A stretch of DNA of 63,116 nucleotides, counting the filler. It is 7 parts of 7 records of this genome, joined end to end, with 100 filler letters (N's around TTAATTAATTAA, not from the genome) between each part and the next. Parts side by side here need not be neighbours in the genome. Positions count along the whole stretch, not along the records: positions 21,093 to 40,276 come from SRR31156797_659; positions 40,377 to 50,972 come from SRR31156797_660; positions 51,073 to 57,868 come from SRR31156797_670; 4 more parts are not named here. The stretch is one strand, 5' to 3'. Within the stretch, counting starts at the first letter, position 1. Every line of letters begins with the position of its first letter. Positions 38,296 to 51,811 of this stretch are shown here, piece by piece. The notes under the pieces are model-generated. The model worked only from the letters and a program-made list of their open reading frames with translations. It had not been told where the DNA came from and did not search any database. Both the position numbers and the translations under genes were made by a program.

Positions 38296-39609
38296 GTGGA
38301 AAAGATGAGACTTTTTGGAACTATGAAAAACGTGGATGGTGTACTGAATATTGGTGGAGTGGACGTAAGAGACTTATTAATTAAGCACGGTTCTCCTTTA
38401 TATGTAATGGATAGACAACATATCGAAGATATGATGAGTACAATGAAAAAATCTTTCACTGGTAAGAAAGTAGAAACAGAAATCATTTATGCTTCAAAAG
38501 CATTTTTAAATAAAGCAATGTGTCAGTTAGTTGCAAAAGAGGGCCTTAGCCTTGATGTAGTATCAGGAGGAGAGTTATTCACAGCTCAGCAAGCTGGATT
38601 CCCAATGGAAAAAGTATATATGCATGGAAATAATAAAACTGCACAAGAGATTAAAATGGCACTTGATTTTGGTGTAGGAACAATCGTAGTAGATAATTTA
38701 GATGAATTAGCTTTAATCGAAAAAATGTGTGATGCTACTAAAAAAACAGCTAATGCACTATTAAGAGTTAATCCCGGAATTGACGCTCATACTCATGAGT
38801 ATATTCAAACAACTAAACACTCGTCAAAATTTGGAGTATCTATATATAATGACGCATATATTAAAGAAGTAATCTCTAGATTCGAGATGAGTGAACATGT
38901 AACACTTCAAGGATTCCATTGTCATATAGGATCACAAATCTTTGATGAAAAACCATTCTTTGCAGAGGGAGAAGCAATGCTTGAGTTTGCAAAGAAAATG
39001 AAAGATGAAATCGGTTATGTTACGAAGCAGCTAAACCTTGGTGGTGGATTCGGAATTTATTACGCTAATGGTGATGACCCAATCAACCCTGACGTATTCT
39101 TAGAGAAGGTAATTGAGAACTTTGAAACTAAAATGGAAGAGTTCGGATTAAATATAGAGAAAGTAATGATAGAACCTGGTAGAAGTCTAGTTGCAAATGC
39201 CGGTACAACGTTGTATACTGTAGGTGGAATGAAGGAAACATTCAGTGGAAAAAAATATATTTTCGTTGATGGAGGAATGACTGATAACATCAGACCTGCA
39301 CTTTATCAAGCTGAATATGAAGGAATTATCGCTAATAACATGAATGGTGAATTAACAGAAACTGCAACTGTTGCAGGAAAATGTTGTGAATCAGGGGATG
39401 TTTTAATTAGAGATGGTTTATTCACAAAACCAGTAAATGGTGACGTCCTTGCAATTGCCTCAACCGGAGCTTACTGCTATACTATGTCAAGCAATTATAA
39501 CAGACTATCTAGACCAGCTGTTGTTATGGTAAAAGATAGAAAAAGTAAAGTGATCGTTAAAAGAGAGTCGTATGAAGACTTAATGAGAAATGATCTTGAT
39601 CTTGACTAA
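38296..39609 (+). CDS. lysA: Diaminopimelate decarboxylase
   Basis: YASKAF (PLP Lys), DVVSGGE, HCHIGSQ, EPGRS, CCESGD, GAY...SNYN; alternative start 38305. Confidence 0.96.
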   Translation: MEKMRLFGTMKNVDGVLNIGGVDVRDLLIKHGSPLYVMDRQHIEDMMSTMKKSFTGKKVETEIIYASKAFLNKAMCQLVAKEGLSLDVVSGGELFTAQQAGFPMEKVYMHGNNKTAQEIKMALDFGVGTIVVDNLDELALIEKMCDATKKTANALLRVNPGIDAHTHEYIQTTKHSSKFGVSIYNDAYIKEVISRFEMSEHVTLQGFHCHIGSQIFDEKPFFAEGEAMLEFAKKMKDEIGYVTKQLNLGGGFGIYYANGDDPINPDVFLEKVIENFETKMEEFGLNIEKVMIEPGRSLVANAGTTLYTVGGMKETFSGKKYIFVDGGMTDNIRPALYQAEYEGIIANNMNGELTETATVAGKCCESGDVLIRDGLFTKPVNGDVLAIASTGAYCYTMSSNYNRLSRPAVVMVKDRKSKVIVKRESYEDLMRNDLDLD

Positions 39610-39664
39610 AGAATATAAAAACTAATAGCTAATAAAAGTTTTAAGATATAGTGGGGGAAAACAA

Positions 39665-40276
39665 ATGAGAATTGTACAGAAATATGGAGGAACATCTGTT
39701 GGAACAATTGAAAAAATTCAAGCGATAGCAGATTATTTAGTTAAACTAAAAAAAGAAAAAAATGAAATAGTAGTAGTAGTCTCAGCAATGGGTAAAATGA
39801 CTGATGAACTACTTAAAAAAGCAGCAATGATTACAGATACACCCGATAGAAGAGAGATGGATATGCTCTTAACTACCGGAGAACAGCAGACTATAGCTTT
39901 ATTAACTATGGCTCTTCACCAAAAGGGACAGGAAGCTATTTCTCTGACAGGTCATCAAGCTGGAGTTCAAACAGTAGGAACTCATACTAAGAGTAAAATA
40001 AAAGATATTAATAAAGAAAGAATAGAGAAACATCTAGGTGAAGGTAAAATCGTAATCGTAGCAGGATTCCAAGGAATTAATGAAAACGGTGATATGACTA
40101 CACTTGGACGTGGAGGATCAGATACAAGTGCAGTGGCACTGGCTGCAGCTCTTAATTGTCAATGTGAGATATATACAGATGTAGATGGTATCTGCACATG
40201 TGATCCGAGAGAATATAAAGGTGCTAAGAAACTTGATAAAATCTCATATGAAGAGATGATGGAGATGTCAAATCTT
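39665..40276 (+). CDS. lysC: Aspartokinase (partial)
   Basis: VQKYGGTSV, VVSAMG, AGFQG, TTLGRGGSDTSA, YTDVDG. Confidence 0.95.
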
Positions 40277-40376
40277 NNNNNNNNNNNNNNNNNNNNNNNN
40301 NNNNNNNNNNNNNNNNNNNNTTAATTAATTAANNNNNNNNNNNNNNNNNNNNNNNNNNNNNNNNNNNNNNNNNNNN
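40277..40376. other. Artificial contig spacer
   Basis: N44-TTAATTAATTAA-N44. Confidence 0.99.
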
Positions 40377-41648
40377 ATCCTGTGTTCCTCCATATACATT
40401 ATAAAATGGGTATTCATTATCAACCGCTACACGATAAAACTGTGTAATAGGTAGGTTTGCTTTAAAATTGAATGTTTTACCACCATCATAAGTTTCATAG
40501 ATACCTCCATCACCTCCAATAATATATTGTTCCGGATCATTTGGATTAATCCACAATGCATGATCATCAACGTGACGATTTTTTGTAGAAATTCTTTTCC
40601 ATGTTTTTCCACCATCCTCAGTATAATGTGAAAATGTTTCAACACTGTAAACTTTATCCACATCAACAGGATCGCAATAAATTTCGTTATAATACTGACC
40701 ACTAGATGTGTGATCACTCATTCGCTGCCAGCTCTCGCCCTGATTTGTAGAACGGTAAAAACCCCCTTTATCTAAAGCCGCTTCGACGATCAAATAAACC
40801 ACATTATGATCGACAGGAGAAACATCTATACCCATACCACCAAGATGAACTCCAGGAAGCCCTTTCATAATTTTACGCCATGTATCGCCACCATCAGTTG
40901 ATTTGTAAACTGCCGATTCCGGGCCACCACCAATTTTTGTGAAATGATGACGACGTCGTTGTTCAGACGTAGCATACATAACATCCGGGTTACAAGGATC
41001 AATTACCACATTGTTTACTCCGGTATTTTCAGATATTTCAATTACTTTATTCCAGGTTTTACCTCCATCGGTAGATTTATACAATCCACGGTCACCACCC
41101 GGGCCCCAAGCAGAACCTTCAGCAGCCACAAATACAATATCAGAATTACGAGGATCAATTACGATGTCACCAATCTGACGACTATCTTTCAATCCCATAT
41201 TTTCGAATGATTTACCACCATCCAATGATTTATACACACCATTTCCATATCCTAAAGCACGTTGGTGATTATTCTCTCCGGTTCCAACCCATATTACGTT
41301 GTGATTATTGGGATCCATTGTCACACAACCAATAGAATATGCTCCATAATTATCAAATATTGGAGTGTAATTAACACCATGGTTTGTAGTTTTCCACACA
41401 TTACCTGAAGCCACAGCTACGTAGTATTCAGAGTGATCTTTAGGATTTACTGCAAAATCAGCAATACGGCCACTAGCCCATGCTGGTCCAATGTTACGCC
41501 ATTTCAGCGCACCAATTTTACTAACAACAGTATCTTTTTTAGTTTCTTCCTTTTTATCGTCTTTTTTCTTTTTAGCGAAAGTTTCCTGCGGAGTTAAAAC
41601 GACCAAAGCTCCAATAATGCAAGAAAATAATAGAGATTTAATTTTCAT
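40377..41648 (-). CDS. VPS10/BNR (Asp-box) beta-propeller protein, putative glycosyl hydrolase (partial)
   Basis: Signal peptide; WRNIGP..SGR; repeated S.DGG.TW Asp-boxes; HVDDHALW; GGTQD. Confidence 0.88.
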
Positions 41649-41793
41649 AGTATACATATTTGTATTTGACTCAAAATAAATTGTGAAATATGAATAGCTA
41701 AATTAAGCAGAAAGGTTAAATTATTGAAAATGAATTAAAAAAATGTGCGGAATTGGACAACAAAAAGGAATTATTAGAATGGAATATAATCAT

Positions 41794-41826
41794 AAAAAAA
41801 AGCTGCCTGATTGGTCAGGCAGCTTT
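41794..41826 (-). terminator. gdhA terminator
   Basis: AAAAAAAAGCTGCCTGA-TTGG-TCAGGCAGCTTT. Confidence 0.85.
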
Positions 41827-41851
41827 GTATATTTATAGGAATTCAGGTTTA

Positions 41852-43201
<1,350 letters not shown>

Positions 43202-43355
43202 TTAGAAGAACATTAATCAATGAAGGACAATAATTTATTGTCCGCTACAAAGTAATATGAAAGATTTTTCTTTTCCATGAAAAAATCATAGAAAATTTAC
43301 ATTTTTTATTTGTTTTATAACACAAAAACACCAAAACATGACAAATCTCATAAAA

Positions 43356-46331
43356 TCAAGGTTTTAGAACCACCCCTTTATTTCGTTTCGCCTCGATTTT
43401 AACAACTGCAGGTTGACTAAATTTGATATGTCTTAAATATTCCGTTTCAAAAACCGCTGGTTGATTATCCAAAAATTCAAGATCATATACTCCATCATTC
43501 ATATATGGATTAATAGTGAAATAACCTATTCTGAATGATGTCAAATTCTGGAAGAAATGAGTTCCCTGACTTGGATCAATTCTGAAATTGGGCAAACCTG
43601 CCTCAACAATTAATCTGGCTTGAGAAATCTGACTCCATTTAATTGGAACTCCAAGCCATGGATCGCTTGAACCCCAACGCCCAGGACCTACCAGAATGTA
43701 GAATTTATTGTCCTCTCTAAATTTCCGATTCAATTCATCTATCTCCGCAGCAATTATCTTGGTTTTATCCGGGCTAAACACATCTGGCTTAACGTAAACA
43801 AAATCATATAAATCATCTATCACGCCATTTCCCAAAGCCTTTTCTGAAACTAGCAAACATTCTTTTTCATTTACTTCACCCAAATCAAAATTCAACGTAT
43901 CTGTTTCTTCTACAATAGGTCTTATTTGTAAAAAGCTAAAAATTTCGGGATATCCCTCAGGAGTGTCCAGATTTACTGCAAATTCGATTTCTACTGGATG
44001 ATTCATCTCTTTTTGACCTACAGTTAGGAGAGTATTTAGAATATCTGCTAATGGGAAAGAATTAAATTTTAGAATATTAGCAAATGTTACCAACTTTTTA
44101 CCTTTTCCATAAGCACCATCACGTACAATATTATCTTGAAAATCATATACTGAGCAAATCTTATTTAAGGATCCATCTTTTTCGGCAACCGGAACTTTCA
44201 ACTCTTTCATATTAACACCATCATCAGTACTGTCCACATAATCATCCGGGTTCATACTTAATGCATAAAACTTTTTCTGAGTCTCTTGCAATGCCATCTG
44301 AGCAGTTGAGAGCTGTAATACCTTTTTAGGATATTTAGGAGAAAAACGTAGTGTCTTTCCTCCCTCCACGATTATTTTACCCAAACCTAAACCAATTGAA
44401 GCAATTCCATCTTCCGCTTTTTCAGGTTCAATTGGATAAAAGTTTACTGAGCGCGCTACACCGGAAATGGTTGGATAAAAATGCTCTTCATACTCCGTAC
44501 CAGTTACCTCCTGTATAATGATGGCCATTTTTTCTTCATCTATCACATTTTTTGTAGCCTCCATATATGCTTTACTGCTTCTGTAAAACACCGAAGCATA
44601 CACACTTTTAATTGCCCGATAGAGCATCTCCAGCATTTCATCATCCTCTTTAATATAAGGAACCATATACGTAGAATAAATACCCGCAAATGGCTGATAA
44701 TGACTGTCTTCAAGCAAGCTTGAAGAGCGAATTGCTAAAGGAGTAGATGTTTTCGACAATAACATACGAAGCTTCTCTTTCACATGACCCGGCAACTTAC
44801 CATTTAAGAAATGTCGTAAAATAACTTGATCTTCAAGATCTAAAAGTGCAATTTCATATAAATTATTTACTTGCATAAAATCATCAAACACATCCGTACA
44901 AAGCACAATTGTTCTGGGTATTGAAATAATAATGTTATCATACTTGTAAAAAATCCTGTGTTTTTTGATGAAATTGTCAACAAAAGCTAATCCACGGGCT
45001 TTCCCCCCAATTGATCCTTCACCAATCCTTGAAAAAATAGAGTATTCATCATATCCATCACCTTCAAATTTAGAAATAACCCCTCTACCCCTGTTAATCC
45101 TGTATCTTGATATTTCTTTTAATACATATTCGCGAACTTCCTCCATTGTGTTGAAGTCTGATGTAGTGGATTGTGAAAAAATACTAGAAAGGGAAAATAA
45201 CGATCTTGCTTTCAACCATTTTGAAAAATCATGTCTTCTACTATGAAATCGTAAGCTCTCAGCTGGAACTGTTCTTACGGCTTCTTGAAAAGTTACCAAA
45301 TTTTTTGCTCTTCCAACCTCTTCTCCTGTTGAGGGGTTTTTGAAAACAAAATCTCCAAATGCAAAATTATTCACTACATAATCACGTAATTCATGGGATA
45401 ATTTATTCGAGTTTTTATCAATAAACCCAACATTAAGTCTGTCAGCAATAGTTCTATTTTGAGGTCTGGAAGATTGTAAAAGAAATGGTAAATAAGGATT
45501 ATCCTCTCTAATATGTTCACACAATTTAAATCCGGCATGCGGATCTTTCATTCCATCTTTATCGTAACGAATATCAGATATTACACCTAGCATATTTTTA
45601 CGATACTCTTTATAGTATTCAATAGCTTCCTCGTAATTTCTTGCCAATAGCACTTTTGGTCTACCCCTCTTTCTCAACATTCGGAGGTATTCGTTCATAC
45701 CTTCTTGCATAAACCGCTCGCTTTGATAAAAAATAATTTTATATAGGTTAGGCAAATAACTGGAATAGAAACGCACGCTGTCCTCCACTAATAATACGAC
45801 CTGAACTCCAATTTCATTGGCATCTCTATCCACATTCATTCTATCCTCAATCAATTTTACTATTGCTAATAGGAGATCGGTATTACCTAGCCAGGAAAAA
45901 ACATAATCAATGGAGCTTAAATCTTCATTTTGCAATCGCATACTAACTTCACGAGAGAAAGGAGTCAACACCACAATTGGAATGTCGGGATACATTGATT
46001 TTACCTGATTTGATAATTGGAAAGCATCAATTTCCCGTACACTAAGCATGGAAATTACAAGGTCAATATTCTCAACCTCTAATATTTTAAAAGCCTTTGA
46101 AGCAGAGTTAGCCTGAATAAAAACAGGAGGATACCTTAGGTTTAAGGATACATACTCTTTAAAAATTTGTTCATCAATACGACCATCTTCCTCAAGCATA
46201 TAAGAATCATAATTACTACAAATCAGCAATACTTTATAAATGCGTCGTTGCATCAATAATTTAAAGGCAGTTTCTTTTTCGTAGTATTTTTTTGATTGAA
46301 TAAACTCTTTATAAATAGAAGATAGCATCAT
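43356..46331 (-). CDS. PEP/pyruvate-binding (PPDK_N) domain protein with N-terminal receiver-like domains
   Basis: VLLVEDS..VISDI receiver-like region; IGGKARGL, AIRSSSLLEDS..FAG ATP-grasp; C-terminal GPGRWGS..SQGTHFF; no pyruvate-binding barrel recognisable. Confidence 0.85.
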   Translation of the reverse strand: MMLSSIYKEFIQSKKYYEKETAFKLLMQRRIYKVLLICSNYDSYMLEEDGRIDEQIFKEYVSLNLRYPPVFIQANSASKAFKILEVENIDLVISMLSVREIDAFQLSNQVKSMYPDIPIVVLTPFSREVSMRLQNEDLSSIDYVFSWLGNTDLLLAIVKLIEDRMNVDRDANEIGVQVVLLVEDSVRFYSSYLPNLYKIIFYQSERFMQEGMNEYLRMLRKRGRPKVLLARNYEEAIEYYKEYRKNMLGVISDIRYDKDGMKDPHAGFKLCEHIREDNPYLPFLLQSSRPQNRTIADRLNVGFIDKNSNKLSHELRDYVVNNFAFGDFVFKNPSTGEEVGRAKNLVTFQEAVRTVPAESLRFHSRRHDFSKWLKARSLFSLSSIFSQSTTSDFNTMEEVREYVLKEISRYRINRGRGVISKFEGDGYDEYSIFSRIGEGSIGGKARGLAFVDNFIKKHRIFYKYDNIIISIPRTIVLCTDVFDDFMQVNNLYEIALLDLEDQVILRHFLNGKLPGHVKEKLRMLLSKTSTPLAIRSSSLLEDSHYQPFAGIYSTYMVPYIKEDDEMLEMLYRAIKSVYASVFYRSSKAYMEATKNVIDEEKMAIIIQEVTGTEYEEHFYPTISGVARSVNFYPIEPEKAEDGIASIGLGLGKIIVEGGKTLRFSPKYPKKVLQLSTAQMALQETQKKFYALSMNPDDYVDSTDDGVNMKELKVPVAEKDGSLNKICSVYDFQDNIVRDGAYGKGKKLVTFANILKFNSFPLADILNTLLTVGQKEMNHPVEIEFAVNLDTPEGYPEIFSFLQIRPIVEETDTLNFDLGEVNEKECLLVSEKALGNGVIDDLYDFVYVKPDVFSPDKTKIIAAEIDELNRKFREDNKFYILVGPGRWGSSDPWLGVPIKWSQISQARLIVEAGLPNFRIDPSQGTHFFQNLTSFRIGYFTINPYMNDGVYDLEFLDNQPAVFETEYLRHIKFSQPAVVKIEAKRNKGVVLKP

Positions 46332-46563
46332 ATTTTCAAGCTTTACAAATAAGTGAATAGGTATTTAACGAAAATACGGTATTTTTTTTGAAGCATAAAT
46401 ACTTTATATCACTAATCACAGTATTTCTCGAAAATTAATAATGCAAAAAAAATTTTGCCAACTGATGTATAATGCTTATTATTGTACCGTTAATTCCCAT
46501 TCTTTTTTTCGAATCAACGATTATTCACCACTTTTTACATATAAAAATTCAAATTAATATCAG

Positions 46564-48258
46564 ATGTACGACATTTTAGAACTGAACAAAAAACTTGTTT
46601 CAGAACTTAAAGAGATTGCTGCGAAATTAAACATCAAGAAAATTGAATCTTTGCGCAAACAAGATTTGATTTACAAAATTCTTGATCAGCAAGCAATCAA
46701 AGCTTCAGAAGAAAACAAAAAGGAAGATAAAGACAGTAAATCTACCTCCAGAAGACCTCGCGTTCGCAAGGCAGAAAAAGTTACAGGCAAAAAAGAAGAA
46801 ACTACTAATGATGAGCCTGAAAACGAAACTGACAATAAAGAGCCAGATAATACCAAACGTCGCAGAAGAGTGGTAAAACCTGACAAAACAAAAGCGGAGG
46901 CCGAACCAAAAGCTGAACCAAAAGCTGAAGCCAAAGCAGAAACAAAGGTAGATACAGTAAAGTCAGAAAACACAGATGCTGAAGAAAAGGTTATTCGTAA
47001 GCCTAGAGTTATTAAAAAGGTTGTAAAAAGTAATGACAACAGAGATAATGATTATAGAGCTAACAACGATAATAAGTCTCAGAACCAGCAAAGATTTAAT
47101 GGACAAGGCAGAAATGACGATAAACAAAAGAAAAGACATGAATTTGAAGGAATCGTGACTGCCAGTGGTGTATTAGAAATAATGTCAGACGGCTATGGTT
47201 TTTTACGTTCATCTGATTACAATTACTTTAACAGCCCAGACGATATTTATGTAAGTCAATCTCAAATCAAATTATTTGGATTAAAAACTGGTGATACAGT
47301 TGAAGGAACCATTCGTCCTCCTAAAGAAGGTGAAAAATACTTTCCTTTAATCAAGGTAGAAAGAATCAATGGTAGACCACCGGAAGAAGTTCGCGATCGT
47401 GTTCCATTTGACTTCCTTACACCACTGTTCCCATATGAGAAATTTACATTAACCGGTAAAAAATCAAATATTTCAACTCGAATTGTCGACATGTTTGCAC
47501 CTATCGGGAAAGGTCAACGTGGACTAATTGTAGCACAACCAAAAACTGGTAAGACAGTGCTTCTTAAAGACATTGCTAATGCTATAGCAGACAACCACCC
47601 GGAAGTTTATATGATTATTTTATTGATTGATGAGCGTCCTGAAGAGGTTACTGACATGGCCCGCAGTGTAAATGCCGAAGTTATTTCATCAACCTTTGAT
47701 GAACCAGCCGATCGCCATGTAAAAGTGGCCAATATTGTACATGAAAAAGCAAAACGCCTGGTAGAATGCGGACACGATGTTGTAATTTTACTTGATTCAA
47801 TTACCAGGTTAGCACGTGCTTACAATACCGTTTCACCTGCCTCAGGTAAAGTATTATCCGGAGGTGTTGATGCCAATGCACTTCATAAACCAAAACAGTT
47901 TTTTGGAGCTGCACGTAAAATCGAGAATGGTGGATCATTAACAATATTATCCACGGCATTAACAGAAACAGGATCAAAAATGGATGACGTTATTTTTGAA
48001 GAGTTTAAAGGAACCGGTAATATGGAACTTCAACTTGACAGAAAACTATCGAATCGTCGTATTTTCCCATCAATCGATATTCCTGCATCAAGTACACGTA
48101 GAGAAGATTTATTAATTGACAAAGACCTAATTAATAGAATCTGGGTACTACGAGACTATCTTGCTGACATGAATAGCGTAGAAGCTATGGACTTTATGCG
48201 GAGTAGAATTAATAAAACAGAAACAAACGAGGAATTCCTATTAACGATGGATAGGTAA
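46564..48258 (+). CDS. rho: Transcription termination factor Rho with long N-terminal insertion
   Basis: [55 protein letters not shown]. Confidence 0.98.
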   Translation: MYDILELNKKLVSELKEIAAKLNIKKIESLRKQDLIYKILDQQAIKASEENKKEDKDSKSTSRRPRVRKAEKVTGKKEETTNDEPENETDNKEPDNTKRRRRVVKPDKTKAEAEPKAEPKAEAKAETKVDTVKSENTDAEEKVIRKPRVIKKVVKSNDNRDNDYRANNDNKSQNQQRFNGQGRNDDKQKKRHEFEGIVTASGVLEIMSDGYGFLRSSDYNYFNSPDDIYVSQSQIKLFGLKTGDTVEGTIRPPKEGEKYFPLIKVERINGRPPEEVRDRVPFDFLTPLFPYEKFTLTGKKSNISTRIVDMFAPIGKGQRGLIVAQPKTGKTVLLKDIANAIADNHPEVYMIILLIDERPEEVTDMARSVNAEVISSTFDEPADRHVKVANIVHEKAKRLVECGHDVVILLDSITRLARAYNTVSPASGKVLSGGVDANALHKPKQFFGAARKIENGGSLTILSTALTETGSKMDDVIFEEFKGTGNMELQLDRKLSNRRIFPSIDIPASSTRREDLLIDKDLINRIWVLRDYLADMNSVEAMDFMRSRINKTETNEEFLLTMDR

Positions 48259-48277
48259 ACTCGCAAAACAACATATC

Positions 48278-48309
48278 AAAGCGGGTTAATTATTTTAATC
48301 CGCTTTTTT
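48278..48309 (+). terminator. rho terminator
   Basis: AAAGCGGGTTAA...TTAATCCGCTTTTTT. Confidence 0.75.
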
Positions 48310-48457
48310 ATTGCAAAACAATAAGTTAACTAAAACTCACAATCACGATTTTTTAGATTTTCATTATTCTATGTATAGCGTTATTTAAAATGCTTATATA
48401 TAAGTCAAAATTAAAGGTTTAACAACATAAACACTAGGCAAAAATCATTAAATCTTG

Positions 48458-48465
48458 TAATTTTG
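48458..48465 (+). promoter_or_regulatory. Bacteroidota -7 promoter element for nifJ
   Basis: TAATTTTG matches TAnnTTTG, about 40 nt upstream of the ATG. Confidence 0.6.
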
Positions 48466-48503
48466 CACTGGAAAAATTTCATAATATATAAATCAAGAAA
48501 AGT

Positions 48504-50972
48504 ATGGCTAAAAAGAACTTTATTACTTGTGACGGTAACTATGCTGCATCGCACGTAGCTTACATGTTTAGTGAAGTAGCAGCTATTTACCCGATCACGC
48601 CATCATCTACAATGGCAGAATATGTAGACGAGTGGGCTGCTTTTGGTAGAAAAAATATATTTGGTGAACCAGTTGAGGTTGTAGAAATGCAATCAGAGGG
48701 TGGAGCTTCAGGAGCTGTTCATGGCTCATTGCAAGGTGGAGCACTTACTTCTACATATACAGCTTCTCAAGGATTACTCCTTATGATTCCCAACATGTAC
48801 AAAATTGCTGGAGAATTACTACCCGGAGTATTCCATGTTTCAGCCAGAAGTCTTGCTGCACAGGCACTCTCAATATTTGGAGATCACAGTGATGTAATGT
48901 CAGCACGTCAAACCGGTTTTGCATTTCTTGCAACTGGTAGTGTACAAGAAATTATGGACCTTGCTCCAATTGCACACCTTGCTGCAATTAAGTCTCGTGT
49001 TCCATTCGTACATTTCTTTGATGGTTTTAGAACATCTCACGAAATACAAAAAGTTGAAGCTCCAACTACAGAGGAAATGGCTAAGCTTGTTGATTATGAT
49101 GCATTACAACAGTTCAGAGACAATGCGCTTAATCCAGAGCACCCTGTAACTCGTGGTACAGCTCAAAACCCTGATATTTATTTCCAAACTAGAGAAGCTG
49201 CAAATAAATTTTATGATGACTTACCTGACATCGTAGAAGAGTATATGCAAAAAATCAAGAAAACTACTGGACGTGAATATCACCCATTTACATATTATGG
49301 TGCTGAGGACGCTGAAGAAATTATCATTGCAATGGGTTCTGTAACCGATATGGTTAAAGAGGTTATTGACTACAAAGTAGCTAATGGTGAAAAAGTTGGT
49401 TTGATGAGTGTTCATCTTTACAGACCATTCTCTGCTAAATATTTCTTCAACGCGCTACCAAAATCAGTGAAGAAAATTGCTGTTCTTGACCGTACAAAAG
49501 AGCCGGGAGCAAATGGAGAACCATTATATCTAGATATCGTAGAAATGTTCAAAGGAAAAGCTGATGCACCTAAAATCATTGGTGGCCGTTACGGACTTTC
49601 TTCGAAAGATACAACTCCTGATCAAATAATTGCTGTATTCGACAATTTAAGAAAAGATGACTCTAAAAATGGTTTCACTATCGGAATCAAAGATGATGTA
49701 ACAAATCTTTCTCTCGAAATTGGCGAACCAGTAAACGTTACTCCAGAAGGTACTTTCTCAGCTAAATTTTATGGAATTGGTTCTGATGGTACTGTAGGTG
49801 CTAATAAAAACTCAATCAAAATTATCGGTGAAACAACAGATAAATATTGCCAGGCATACTTCTCGTATGACTCTAAAAAATCTGGTGGTGTAACTACTTC
49901 TCACCTTCGTTTTGGTGACAAGCAAATTCGTGCACCATATCTTGTTAACTCGCCTGACTTTGTAGCATGTCACGTTCCAGCTTATTTAGAAAGCTACGAT
50001 ATGCTAAAAGGATTGAAAAATGGTGGCACTTTCTTATTGAACTCTATTTGGGATGAAGAAGAAACTAAAAAACGACTTCCAAATAGTGTTAAAAAATACT
50101 TAGCAGAAAATAAAATTAACTTCTATATTATTAACGCGACAAAAATTGCTGATGAAATTGGCCTTGGAAACAGAACCAACACAATCATGCAATCGGCATT
50201 CTTTAAAATTGCAGAAGTAATTCCTTACGACAAAGCAGTAGAAGAGATGAAAAACTTCATCGTAAAATCTTTTGCTCGTAAAGGTGATGAAATTGTAAAC
50301 ATGAACAATGCTGCTGTTGATCAGGGTGGAGCTCAGGTACACAAAGTTGAAATACCAGCTGAATGGGCAAAACTTGATGGAAAAGATACAAAAGTTGATG
50401 ATCCAAATAAACCTGATTTCGTTAAGAATGTAGTAGAACCAATGAACTTACTTAAGGGAGATGATCTTCCTGTTAGCGCATTCCTTGGTCGTGAAGACGG
50501 AACATTCCCTGCAGGTACTACTGAATATGAAAAACGTGGTATTGCAGTTAATGTCCCAGAATGGCAAGTTGATGAATGTATTCAATGTAACCTTTGTGCA
50601 AATGCATGTCCGCATGCTGCTATTCGTCCATTCCTATTAACAGACGATGAACTTAAGAATGCACCAGAAGGTACAGTAGCTAAAAAAGCTGTTGGAAAAG
50701 GTCTTGAAGGATTACATTACAGAATTCAGGTTACTCCACTCGATTGTACTGGTTGTGGTGTTTGTGAGGATGTATGTCCAAGCAAAACAAAAGCTCTTGT
50801 AATGAAGCCTCTTGACACACAAAGAGACGGAATTGAGAAATGGAACTACATGTTCAAAAAAGTAACTCCTAAAGGACAACTAGTAGATAAAAAACAAAAC
50901 GTTAAAAATGCACAGTTCTCACAACCGTTATTCGAGTTTTCAGGAGCTTGTGCAGGTTGTGGTGAAACTCCA
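48504..50972 (+). CDS. nifJ: Pyruvate:ferredoxin/flavodoxin oxidoreductase (partial)
   Basis: YPITPSS, MQSEGGA, FDGFRTSHE, GSDGTVGANK, CIQCNLCANACPH, CTGCGVC, FSGACAGCGETP. Confidence 0.97.
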
Positions 50973-51072
50973 NNNNNNNNNNNNNNNNNNNNNNNNNNNN
51001 NNNNNNNNNNNNNNNNTTAATTAATTAANNNNNNNNNNNNNNNNNNNNNNNNNNNNNNNNNNNNNNNNNNNN
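50973..51072. other. Artificial contig spacer
   Basis: N44-TTAATTAATTAA-N44. Confidence 0.99.
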
Positions 51073-51166
51073 AAAGAGATAATTCAATGGATAAGATCAT
51101 AGAATTTCGTATTAATTTTAGCAAAAAAATGCTATATTTTGCCGGATAATAAATAAAGGAGAATAT

Positions 51167-51493
51167 ATGTCGCAATTAACAGTCGAAGTCACCGATCAGA
51201 ACTTCCAGACGGAGGTACTTGGAAATGCTTTACCGGTTATCGTGGATTTTTGGGCACCCTGGTGTGGACCCTGCCGCATGATCGCCCCCAAGCTTGAAGA
51301 GATCGCAAAAGATTACGAAGGAAAAGTCGTGATCGCTAAAGTGAATGTCGACAATTCACCCATGGTCGCAGGACAGTTCGGAATCCGTTCTATCCCGACT
51401 CTTCTCTACGTGAAAGGAGGGAAGATCGTCGATCAGGTAATAGGGAACGTTCCCAAGAGTGACCTCGAGGCTCGTTTAAAGAACTTGCTCTAA
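51167..51493 (+). CDS. trxA: Thioredoxin
   Basis: [25 protein letters not shown]. Confidence 0.97.
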   Translation: MSQLTVEVTDQNFQTEVLGNALPVIVDFWAPWCGPCRMIAPKLEEIAKDYEGKVVIAKVNVDNSPMVAGQFGIRSIPTLLYVKGGKIVDQVIGNVPKSDLEARLKNLL

Positions 51494-51501
51494 ATTCAAA
51501 T

Positions 51502-51531
51502 GACCCCGGGCCTTCCCGGGGTTCTTTTTTT
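51502..51531 (+). terminator. Terminator after trxA
   Basis: GACCCCGGG-CCTT-CCCGGGGTT-CTTTTTTT. Confidence 0.8.
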
Positions 51532-51810
51532 ATGGATATCATCACAAAAAAAATGACCGTTACCGGAACCGTGCAAATGGTGGGATACCGCTGGTTTGCC
51601 AAGCAGAGAGCTGATATATTCAAGATCAAGGGATATGTCCGGAATTCAAGCCGAGGTGAGGTCGAGATTCTGGCACAAGGTACAAAAGATGATATTGAGA
51701 CATATATTGAACATTTGAAAGAAGGACCGTCAAGGGCACGGGTTTCTAAGATCATCCAAGAACCTGTCGACGGTGAAAAAACCTTTAAAGAATTTAACAT
51801 AAGAATGTAA
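51532..51810 (+). CDS. acyP: Acylphosphatase
   Basis: VTGTVQMVGYR, GYVRN..GEVE, GPSRARV. Confidence 0.92.
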   Translation: MDIITKKMTVTGTVQMVGYRWFAKQRADIFKIKGYVRNSSRGEVEILAQGTKDDIETYIEHLKEGPSRARVSKIIQEPVDGEKTFKEFNIRM

Positions 51811-51811
51811 T

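Noticed and set aside
43356-46331. Calling this gene ppsA (PEP synthase)
   Set aside because: The C-terminal PEP/pyruvate-binding barrel is not recognisable and receiver-like domains are present
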